DNA from: an uncultured delta proteobacterium
Lineage (GTDB): Bacteria; Desulfobacterota; Desulfobacteria; Desulfobacterales; Desulfosalsimonadaceae
DNA length: 64,000 nucleotides
Assembly: GCA_963826785.1 (NCBI GenBank)
Contig: CAWGYD010000001.1
Coordinates: 32,001 to 96,000 of the forward strand
Reading direction: 5' to 3'
Shown piece after piece: positions 52,326 to 60,587 of the stretch (position 1 is its first letter; every line of letters starts with the position of its first letter). The translations under genes and the position numbers were made by a program. The notes beneath the pieces were generated by a model that saw only the letters and a program-made list of their open reading frames with translations, was not told the DNA's origin and made no database searches.

Positions 52326-53792
52326 ATGACCATCAGGACCAATTATACAGTTAACAAGACCCCCCGGTTTTCGTTTCTTTCCGAAGACCAGAAGGACCGG
52401 TTGTTTCGCGGGGTCATTAAAACCTTGAACGATACCGGCGCCAACGTGAACCACGAAGGCGTCCGGGAACTGCTGGGGAAAAACCGGTGCAACGTGGACG
52501 GAAAACGGGTGCGGATTCCGCCGGAAGTGGTCAAAGATGCGCTCTCATCGCTTCCGCCCACCACCACCCTGTACAGCTGGGACGGCAGCGAGGAGATGGT
52601 TTACGTGGAAAAAGGGCGCAGCTATTTCGGCCCCGGCCCCACCCCGCCCAATTTCATCGATCCCTACACTCTGGAGCGCAGACCCTATGTCCGAAAGGAC
52701 GCAGAGATCGTGGCCCGGGTCTGCGATGCCCTGCCCAACATCGGCTACGTCCAGTCCCTGGGTTCGATAAACGACGTGACCAACGGCTTGGCCGACGTGT
52801 ACGAGTTTGCCGACATGATCCAGCACACCCGCAAGATCATCATGAACTGGGCCTTCAACGTGGAAAACATCAAGGACGAGCACAAGATCGGCATCATCAT
52901 GGCCGGCGGGGAAGAAGCCTTCCGGCAGCGCCCGAACTTCATCCATTACAGCGAGCCCATTTCGCCCCTGACCAGCGACTTCGACGCCATCGGCAAGTGC
53001 ATGTACTGCGCCGAGCACCGGATTCCACAGGTCTATACCCCCTGCTGCATCGGCGGGGCCACCGTGCCGGCCACCCATGCGGGCCAGCTGGTGGTGGCCA
53101 TGTCCGAGGCCATGGTGGGGGTGGTGGTCTCCCAGTTGATGAACCCGGGCACCTGCATCATCATCGGCGGGGTTCAGTCCATCCTGGACATGCGCCGGGC
53201 CATCTATTCCTACGGCGCACCGGAGCTGGGGATCATGAGCGCGGCATTTACCGAACTGCTCAGCCATGTGGGCCTGCCCATGTACTCCACCTCGGGATGC
53301 ACCGACACCAAGATGATGGAACTCCAGTCCGGCATCGAGGCCGCTTATTCCATCCAGATGGCCATGTACAGCGGCGCCAATTTCGTTCACGACAACGGAT
53401 ACACCGAATCCGGGATCACGGGAGATGTCTACCAGACCATCATGGACGACGAGATCATCGGCATGTGCAGGCTCATCGGCGGGGGCGTGGAAGTCAACGA
53501 AGAAACCCTGGCCGTGGAAGAAATCTGCAGCGTGGGGCCCGGCGGTCATTACCTGTACGAAGACCATACCATGAAGCACTTCCGGAATCACTGGGTACCC
53601 ACACTCATGGACAGAAACTCCTACGAGGACTGGGACGCCCAGGGCCGGACCACCATGAAGGAGCGGATCGTCAAGAAGGGGCAGGATATCATCGAAAACT
53701 ACCCCGGCCCGAGTGTCAAGGTGCCGGCGGAGGCCAAGGCCGATATCGACAAGGTCCTGGCGGCCGCCGAGGAACGGGTAAAATCTCTGTAA
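52326..53792 (+). CDS. MttB superfamily methyltransferase 2, non-pyrrolysine
   Basis: EPISPL, GGATVPAT.AG, DMRR..YSYGAPE, GANFVHDNG, VGPGGHYL..HT..HFR. Confidence 0.92.
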   Translation: MTIRTNYTVNKTPRFSFLSEDQKDRLFRGVIKTLNDTGANVNHEGVRELLGKNRCNVDGKRVRIPPEVVKDALSSLPPTTTLYSWDGSEEMVYVEKGRSYFGPGPTPPNFIDPYTLERRPYVRKDAEIVARVCDALPNIGYVQSLGSINDVTNGLADVYEFADMIQHTRKIIMNWAFNVENIKDEHKIGIIMAGGEEAFRQRPNFIHYSEPISPLTSDFDAIGKCMYCAEHRIPQVYTPCCIGGATVPATHAGQLVVAMSEAMVGVVVSQLMNPGTCIIIGGVQSILDMRRAIYSYGAPELGIMSAAFTELLSHVGLPMYSTSGCTDTKMMELQSGIEAAYSIQMAMYSGANFVHDNGYTESGITGDVYQTIMDDEIIGMCRLIGGGVEVNEETLAVEEICSVGPGGHYLYEDHTMKHFRNHWVPTLMDRNSYEDWDAQGRTTMKERIVKKGQDIIENYPGPSVKVPAEAKADIDKVLAAAEERVKSL

Positions 53793-53806
53793 ACGATGCA
53801 ACTTTC

Positions 53807-53849
53807 GTGAACGTGAACGTGCATGTGCTCGTGCACGTTCATGTGCATG
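53807..53849. repeat. GTGAAC/GTGCAC hexamer-based palindromic repeat
   Basis: GTGAACGTGAACGTGCATGTGCTCGTGCACGTTCATGTGCATG; similar tract at about 46225-46256. Confidence 0.6.
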
Positions 53850-53888
53850 AAAAAGCGCCTTTTGATCAATGATATGAGAAATGATGAA

Positions 53889-55943
53889 ATGACCAGTACC
53901 AACAAACCCTTCGATCCCGGCGCGCGTCAGCGCAGCCGGGGGCGAAAGGAAGGCGGGGCTGATTACGTGGTGGGGATCGATACGGGAGGCACCTACACTG
54001 ACGGGGTGCTGCTGGATTACCGATCCCGCAGCGTCCTTGCCTCCGGCAAGACCCTGACCACCCGGGACGACCTGTCCCGCGGGGTGATCGAGGTCTTGAA
54101 GATGCTCGCCATCAAGGATCCCGGCCGGATCCGGCTGGTGGGGATTTCCAGCACCCTGGCCACCAATTCCATCGCCGAGGGAAAGGCCCGGGAGGTCGGG
54201 CTGATCCTCATCGGATACGACCCGGACCTGATCGAAAAATTTTCGCTCAAGGACAAATTCACCACTGCCCACTATGCCATCTTCAAAGGGGGGCACACCC
54301 CCCAGGGTGCGGAAAAAGCGCCGCTTGACCTGGAAGGGATCAGAAATTGGGTGGATCTTTACAAGGACCGGGTGGATGCATTTGCCATTTCAAGTTATTT
54401 CAGTCCTTTGAATCCATCCCACGAGGAGGCGGCGTTTGCCGAAATCCGCGATATCGGCGATCACCCGGTAGTGATGGGACACCAGTTGTCCACCCAGCTC
54501 GACTCGATCAAGCGGGCGGCCACGGCCTCCCTCAATGCCTCCCTGGTGGCGGTGATGCAGGAATTTATCATTGCGGTGGGCGATGCGCTCAAATCCCAAA
54601 ATATCAACGCCCCCCTGATGATCGTCAAGGGGGACGGGTCCCTGATGCCCTATACCGAGGCATCCGAAAAACCGGTGGAAACCGTGCTGTCGGGTCCGGC
54701 CGCCAGTGCTATCGGCGGTCAGTTCTTTTCCCATCACGCCAATGCGCTGATGATCGACGTGGGGGGGACCACCACGGACATGGCCTTCATCGAAAACGGC
54801 CGGGTGGCGGTGACCGACACCGGGGCCCGGGTGGGTCAGATCGAGACCGCCGTCCGGGCGGCCCGGATCCGCACCGCCTGTGTGGGGTGCGACAGCCGGA
54901 TCGCCTTTGCCCAGGGCGGCGTCACTACGGTGGGACCCGACCGGGTGGTTCCCCTGTCGCGCCTGGCCCACCGGTTCCCCCAAGTGGCCGACAGCATCGA
55001 GGCGCTCTTTCGATATGAAAACCATATGTGGAGCGCAGCCGACATCCGTTACTGGTACATGCACCGGCCGGATGACGCCGATATCGTCCAGGGATTGGAA
55101 CCCCGGCAGCGCCAGCTGGTCAATCAGCTCAAGGAGGGACCGAAAAGCGTGTTTCAACTGGTCCGGGCAACCAAAGTCAATCATGAGGTGCAGCTATGTG
55201 CAGATCTGCTCCTGCGGCAGGGAATCATCGAGGAGGCCACCCTGACGCCCACGGATCTGCTGCATATCAACGGCCGGATGGACCTCTGGGATGTCCGCAC
55301 CGCCCGCCGGGCAGTCGAGGTCGCCTGCGCGGTCAACGGAAAGGACACAAAGACGTTTGTGGAAGAAACGTTGGACCTGATCATTGCCATGATGGTGAAG
55401 GAGGCCGTGATCTTCCTGGCCCGGCAGGAAAGCCCGCATGAACTGCCGGAAACCATAGCCGGCCCGTGGGGAAAATGGATGATCGATGAGGCGGTTGCCC
55501 GCCGCGATCCCTGCCTTTCCGTGCAGATCTCCTGCCGGTATCCGATTATCGGGATCGGTGCGCCCGCCGAATATTTTGTAAAACGGGTGGCGGAGCTGCT
55601 CAAAGCCCCCTTCGTGCTTCCCCGGCATGCCGGTGTGGCCAACGCGGCCGGGGCCGTTGCCGGCTCCGTGGTCACCGAGCAGGAGGCCATCGTCTATATC
55701 CAGGAATCCGATGACCAGCACTGCCACATCGTTCAGATCGGAGAGGACCGGAAAACCTTCAACGAATATGATGAGGCCATGGCTTATGCCCGGAAAGCAT
55801 CGGGCAGCCGGGCCCTGGAGAAGGCCGAATCCGCCGGCGCCGCCGCCCCCCAGGTCAGTATTACCGTAAAAACCGAAGGGGCCATCGAGCGCGTGCGCGC
55901 CCGGGCTGCGGGCAACCCGAGACTGAGCGAGCAGTGGGGCTGA
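53889..55943 (+). CDS. Hydantoinase/oxoprolinase A-family (ASKHA ATPase-fold) protein
   Basis: GIDTGGTYTD, STLATN, NPSHE, KGDGSL, LSGPAAS, IDVGGTTTD, LTPTD, VANAAGA. Confidence 0.88.
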   Translation: MTSTNKPFDPGARQRSRGRKEGGADYVVGIDTGGTYTDGVLLDYRSRSVLASGKTLTTRDDLSRGVIEVLKMLAIKDPGRIRLVGISSTLATNSIAEGKAREVGLILIGYDPDLIEKFSLKDKFTTAHYAIFKGGHTPQGAEKAPLDLEGIRNWVDLYKDRVDAFAISSYFSPLNPSHEEAAFAEIRDIGDHPVVMGHQLSTQLDSIKRAATASLNASLVAVMQEFIIAVGDALKSQNINAPLMIVKGDGSLMPYTEASEKPVETVLSGPAASAIGGQFFSHHANALMIDVGGTTTDMAFIENGRVAVTDTGARVGQIETAVRAARIRTACVGCDSRIAFAQGGVTTVGPDRVVPLSRLAHRFPQVADSIEALFRYENHMWSAADIRYWYMHRPDDADIVQGLEPRQRQLVNQLKEGPKSVFQLVRATKVNHEVQLCADLLLRQGIIEEATLTPTDLLHINGRMDLWDVRTARRAVEVACAVNGKDTKTFVEETLDLIIAMMVKEAVIFLARQESPHELPETIAGPWGKWMIDEAVARRDPCLSVQISCRYPIIGIGAPAEYFVKRVAELLKAPFVLPRHAGVANAAGAVAGSVVTEQEAIVYIQESDDQHCHIVQIGEDRKTFNEYDEAMAYARKASGSRALEKAESAGAAAPQVSITVKTEGAIERVRARAAGNPRLSEQWG

Positions 55944-56030
55944 CCCGGCCGGAATCATCAGGATGCATGCGGATCGAAAATGACAATGCGGATGAAACAG
56001 GTGCTTGTAATGACCTAATGGCGACGGGAA

Positions 56031-56240
56031 TGGAATGGTGGAATGATGGAATGATGGAGTGATGGCACATGTCCTAACCATCGTGATCTTGCTATGCCTA
56101 CCCTTGAGGTACGACCCTCCTAAATTCCCCCCTTGAGGGGGGCGAAGGGGGGTGTAAGGCCTTGCGGCAAACAAATACAGCCGGTTATACAAGTAGTGCT
56201 GTTTCTCCCATTATTCCATTATTCCAATATTCCATCATCC
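56031..56240. repeat. TGGAATRR-octamer inverted repeat enclosing a CCCCCCTTGAGGGGGG hairpin
   Basis: Left arm 56031-56065, right arm 56208-56240 (CCATTATT CCATTATT CCAATATT CCATCATCC), GC-rich hairpin at about 56127-56142. Confidence 0.75.
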
Positions 56241-56311
56241 AATTGTGTCTGCCTTCCCTTGGGCCAATTTCATCTCAAATTTGAAAAATACGTTTTAAGG
56301 TAATTGCTCAT

Positions 56312-56848
56312 ATGACAAGTGAATACGTCTTTTCGGCCGTTGGGAGAAACATCACCGGTACGGTGGCCAAGGTTTCCAAAGAGATATACGCGTGCGGGTG
56401 CAATTTCGAGGATTCCCGCATGACCCTGCTGGGCAGTCATTTCGCCCTGATGATCCTGGTGACCGCCAAAGGCGATGAAATGGGCCGGGAACTGGCGCGG
56501 CGCTGCGACCGGCTGCAGCAGGATACGGATCTGGCCATCACCCTGTTTCCGGTGGACAAAAACATCCCGGAAGGAAAAAGGACGCCCACCGAACCCAATT
56601 ATGAAATCCGGGTCAAGGGTGCTGACCGGATGGGGATCGTCTACCGGACCACCCAGCTGCTGGCTGAACTCAACATCAACATCGTGGAGATGAAAACCCG
56701 CCTGGTGCCGGGCAAGAAGGGGGAGCCCCTTTTTTCCATGCGCATGGGGGTGGCCGTGCCCCGGGAAGTGGACGGGGAAACCCTGCGCAATGAACTCAAA
56801 TACCTGGCCGAGGACAACCGGGAGATGATTTCACTTACCCGGATGTAA
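56312..56848 (+). CDS. Tandem ACT-domain protein, GcvR-like
   Basis: SAVG..TG.V..VS..I..CGCNFEDSRMTLLG.HFAL and GADRMGIV..LAE.NINI. Confidence 0.8.
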   Translation: MTSEYVFSAVGRNITGTVAKVSKEIYACGCNFEDSRMTLLGSHFALMILVTAKGDEMGRELARRCDRLQQDTDLAITLFPVDKNIPEGKRTPTEPNYEIRVKGADRMGIVYRTTQLLAELNINIVEMKTRLVPGKKGEPLFSMRMGVAVPREVDGETLRNELKYLAEDNREMISLTRM

Positions 56849-56857
56849 AGGTGGATT

Positions 56858-58636
56858 ATGCACGAACTTAAAATCGAAGGCTACGATAAGGTCATCTTGA
56901 CCCGCAGGGGCGAGAGCGTGCGCGACGCCCTGTACCGGGCGGGGGTGGAGATCGACTCCCCCTGCAGCGGCGACGGCATATGCGGCAAGTGCCTGATCCG
57001 GGTTTCGCCCCCGGGCGCGGTGGCCAGGACGCCCCACAGGGACATCACAGAAGAGCAGGCGGCCGATGGGGTCCGGCTGGCCTGCCAGGTGATCTGCCGT
57101 TCGGACATGGCCATTTCCCTGCTGTCCGACTTTGCCGTGGACGAGCACCGCATTCTGGAGGGGGACCGGGACCCCGATGCAACGCCGTGGGGGGGAGAAA
57201 AGAAACAGCATTACGATGACCACTATACCGGGGGAAAGCGATCCGCCGTGCGCCTGGAGCGTAAAAATCGCACCCGCATCTTCCATTATGAATCCGATGC
57301 GCCCGCTGTCCTGAAACCCTGGAAAAAAGGCGCCGCTCCCATGGGGTTGGCCGTGGATCTGGGCACCACCACCATGGTGGCCACGGTGGTGGATTTGGAT
57401 ACCGGGAAAGAGATGGCCACCACCTCGGGGTTAAATCCACAAATCCGGTTCGGCCATGACGTGGTCCGCCGGATTCAGCACGGATCGAGCCGGGAAGGGC
57501 TCCGGGAGCTGGTCGACTGCGTCGGCGAGGGGATCAATGATCTGGCGGCACAGGCCTGCGAGGATTCGGATGTGTCACCGGAAGAGATCCTGGATGTGGT
57601 CATCGGCGGAAACACCGCCATGCTGCAGATTGCCGCCGGCATCGATCCCGAGCCCCTGGGCCGGGTCCCCTTCACCGTGGATCTCAAAAGCGGCCGGCAC
57701 TATCTGGCAGGCGTTTTCGGCCTGCGGGTCCATCCGTTGGCCCGGGTGTATGTGCCGCCGGTGATTCACGCCTATGTGGGATCGGACATCAGCGCCGGGC
57801 TTCTGGTGTGCCGGGGCTTTTTCAGGGAGGACCGCACCACGCTGTTCATCGATATCGGGACCAACGGTGAAATCGGGCTTTCCGCCAATGGAAACTGGCT
57901 GATGACATCGGCTGCGGCCGGTCCGGCATTCGAGGGGATGGGCATCTCCTCGGGGATGCGCGCCCGCATCGGCGCCATCGAGGCCCTCACCAGCGACGGC
58001 CGGTCCATCAAGGTGCACGCCATCGGTGATGTCAAACCCACCGGGATCTGCGGCAGCGGCATTATCGATGCCGCCGCGGTGCTTTCAAAAACCGGGGTCA
58101 TCGATCCGTCCGGCAGGATGGTGATGCCGCCGGATGCGCACCTGCCGGGCATGCTGGCCTACCGGCTGGAGAGGGTCGATGACAAGCCGGCCTTCAAGCT
58201 GGCCGACGATGTCTATTTTACCCAGGAAGATGTGCGCCAGGTGCAGCTGGCGAAAAGCGCCATCCGGGCGGCCATCGATATCCTGCTTTCAGAGGCCGGC
58301 ATCACTGCAGACGATATCGACCGGATCATACTGGCGGGGGGATTCGGCTACAGCCTGCGGCCCAGAAACCTGGAGGCCATCGGCCTGCTGCCGCCCGGGA
58401 CTGCACCCCGCGTCTATTTCGCCGGCAACACCTGCCGCATCGGGTGCGTTCGCATGCTGCGCAGCGTGGACAACCGGCGCTTTATCGAGGAAAAGGTGAA
58501 AAAGATCCGGCATGTGGCCATTGAAACCCGCCCGGACTTCATGGAGCAGTATGTGGAGGCCATGGAATTCCCGGAGATCGTCCGGGGCCGGGAAAATACG
58601 GGAGCCGTTTCAAAAATCCATGCAAATTGCAAATAA
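56858..58636 (+). CDS. Corrinoid reductive activase (RACo/RamA-like, ASKHA, N-terminal [2Fe-2S])
   Basis: CSGDGICGKC..RLACQ, DLGTTT, NPQ..FGHDV, DIGTNGE, AGPAFEG, GICGSG, QLAKSAI, AGGFG. Confidence 0.93.
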   Translation: MHELKIEGYDKVILTRRGESVRDALYRAGVEIDSPCSGDGICGKCLIRVSPPGAVARTPHRDITEEQAADGVRLACQVICRSDMAISLLSDFAVDEHRILEGDRDPDATPWGGEKKQHYDDHYTGGKRSAVRLERKNRTRIFHYESDAPAVLKPWKKGAAPMGLAVDLGTTTMVATVVDLDTGKEMATTSGLNPQIRFGHDVVRRIQHGSSREGLRELVDCVGEGINDLAAQACEDSDVSPEEILDVVIGGNTAMLQIAAGIDPEPLGRVPFTVDLKSGRHYLAGVFGLRVHPLARVYVPPVIHAYVGSDISAGLLVCRGFFREDRTTLFIDIGTNGEIGLSANGNWLMTSAAAGPAFEGMGISSGMRARIGAIEALTSDGRSIKVHAIGDVKPTGICGSGIIDAAAVLSKTGVIDPSGRMVMPPDAHLPGMLAYRLERVDDKPAFKLADDVYFTQEDVRQVQLAKSAIRAAIDILLSEAGITADDIDRIILAGGFGYSLRPRNLEAIGLLPPGTAPRVYFAGNTCRIGCVRMLRSVDNRRFIEEKVKKIRHVAIETRPDFMEQYVEAMEFPEIVRGRENTGAVSKIHANCK

Positions 58637-58656
58637 GACAATTATTCAGAAGGCAG

Positions 58657-59352
58657 ATGAAAGTTCAAAAAAGACAGAAGCACGCCCGGGTGGTGATCGC
58701 CTGCCGGGTGATCCGGGCCGAACTGGAGGCGCTGCGGACATCCCGCACAACCGATGTGGAGGTGCATTACCTGGACCAGAACCTGCACCGGACGCCGGAT
58801 CGGATGCCTGCGATCATCCAGGCGGAGATCGATGCGGCAGCAGAATATGCTGCCGAGATCATTCTCGGCTACGGCCTGTGCTCAAACGGCGTGGTGGGCG
58901 TCCGGGCCGCAAACCAGCCCATCTATATCCCCCGGGTGCACGACTGCATCTCCCTGCTGCTGGGGTCGAGGGGCATCTACCAGAAGGCCTTTTCCGGCCG
59001 GCCGGGCACCTATTACCTGACCCCGGGATGGATGGCCGAGGAAAAAGATCCCCTGGGGATGATGGAAAACGAATATGCCCCCAAGATGGGCCGCGAGACG
59101 GCCGAATGGGGGATCCGGGAGGAGCTGAAGCATTACACCCACATCGTTTTTATCAACACCGGGGCAGGGGACATCGATTTTCTGCGGGACCGGGCGCGCA
59201 AAAATGCCGCGTTTCTTAAAAAAGAATTCGAAGAAGTGGCGGGATCGATGGATTATTTTCAAAAAATCCTGTTCGGGCCAAACGAGCCCCCGGATTTCGT
59301 CTGCATTCCGCCGGGTGAAAAGATTGCGGCCAGGCCGTTTTTAATGGATTAG
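58657..59352 (+). CDS. DUF1638 family protein
   Basis: IACRV, LHRTP, GYGLCSNG, PRVHDCISLLLGS, TYYLTPGW. Confidence 0.85.
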   Translation: MKVQKRQKHARVVIACRVIRAELEALRTSRTTDVEVHYLDQNLHRTPDRMPAIIQAEIDAAAEYAAEIILGYGLCSNGVVGVRAANQPIYIPRVHDCISLLLGSRGIYQKAFSGRPGTYYLTPGWMAEEKDPLGMMENEYAPKMGRETAEWGIREELKHYTHIVFINTGAGDIDFLRDRARKNAAFLKKEFEEVAGSMDYFQKILFGPNEPPDFVCIPPGEKIAARPFLMD

Positions 59353-59465
59353 AAGAAGTGGTTTCAAAGACCTATTTCAGGCGGCGATGGCTGACCTGCC
59401 TCGACCCTGATCTGAAATTTTGAATCGCTTCCACGCAAGTTAATTCAGCATTAAGGAGCGATTTT

Positions 59466-60263
59466 ATGCAAATTGTCGGAGAACTGATCAATTCATCCCG
59501 AAGCGCCATCAAGGCGGCCATCGAAAAAGGAGATGGGGCCGAGATCCAGCGCATCGCCAAGGCGCAGCATGAAGCCGGGGCCGGCTACATCGATGTCAAC
59601 GCGGGCACCTTCGTGGGAAAGGAAGCCGAATATATGAAATGGCTCATCACCCAGGTGCAGTCCGCAACTGAAACCCCCTGCTGCATCGACAGCCCGGATC
59701 CCAGGGTGATCGAGGCGGCCCTGACGGTGCACCGGGGAACCCCCATGATCAATTCCATTTCCCTGGAAAAGGATCGCTATGATGCCCTGCTGCCGGTGAT
59801 CGCCGGCACGGATTTCAAAGTGATCGCCTTGTGCATGAGCGATGAGGGGATGCCGGAAACCAAAGACGACCGCTTGGCCATTGCCGAAAAACTGATCAAT
59901 GCCCTGGTCAAAGAAAACGTGGCTGTGGAGAACATCTATGTGGACCCGCTGGTGCAGCCGATCTCCACCAAAGATTCCTATGGCATCGAATTTTTAGATG
60001 CCATATCGGCCATCATGACCGGCTTTCCGGGGGTCAACACGGTTTGCGGACTGTCAAATATTTCATATGGCCTGCCGGAAAGAAAGCTGATCAATCAGAC
60101 CTTCATGGCCATGGCCATCGCCAGAGGCTTAAACGGCGCCATCATGAATCCCCTGGACAAAAAGATGATGGCCAACATCATCACCGCTGAAATGCTCTCC
60201 GGCCGGGACGAGTACTGCGGGAATTTTCTGACGGCCTACCGGGAGGAGAAGTTCAAGTTCTGA
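59466..60263 (+). CDS. Methyltetrahydrofolate:corrinoid methyltransferase (AcsE/MtgA-like, pterin-binding TIM barrel)
   Basis: VGELINSSR, IDVNAG, IDS, INSIS, DPLV, GLSNISYGLP. Confidence 0.92.
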   Translation: MQIVGELINSSRSAIKAAIEKGDGAEIQRIAKAQHEAGAGYIDVNAGTFVGKEAEYMKWLITQVQSATETPCCIDSPDPRVIEAALTVHRGTPMINSISLEKDRYDALLPVIAGTDFKVIALCMSDEGMPETKDDRLAIAEKLINALVKENVAVENIYVDPLVQPISTKDSYGIEFLDAISAIMTGFPGVNTVCGLSNISYGLPERKLINQTFMAMAIARGLNGAIMNPLDKKMMANIITAEMLSGRDEYCGNFLTAYREEKFKF

Positions 60264-60335
60264 TGCATTCAGGGAAGTAACATGACCCGAGGCGACATGG
60301 CAGCGGATTTCTCCCGCTCACTGTTCATGATTTTG

Positions 60336-60428
60336 ATGCTTCTAAGATTCGCTCCGCTGCATCCTGGAAACTCGCCTGTCGGCTCAGACAGTCCAGGATG
60401 CGGCCGCTCCGCTTCATCTAAGAAGCAT
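60336..60428. repeat. Nested inverted-repeat intergenic element
   Basis: ATGCTTCTAAGAT/ATCTAAGAAGCAT outer arms and GCATCCTGGA/TCCAGGATGC inner arms. Confidence 0.65.
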
Positions 60429-60587
60429 TCGCAAAATAATGAAGCAATGTTCGCCGGGAGAAACCCACAGCCATGTCTTGGGCCATCCATTTCCTTTTGC
60501 AAAAATATCGCGCAGCAGCGTAGTGAAATTCAAGAAAGAGCTTGGCTGCACGTACACGATTTTTAATAAAAATCCATGGAGGAAAAC

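Noticed and set aside
50785..53792. Pyrrolysine-containing MttB
   Set aside because: No in-frame TAG; the break in paralogue 1 is a one-base frameshift
56031..56240. CRISPR array
   Set aside because: Units are 8-bp tandem repeats in inverted arms, with no repeat-spacer periodicity and no cas genes
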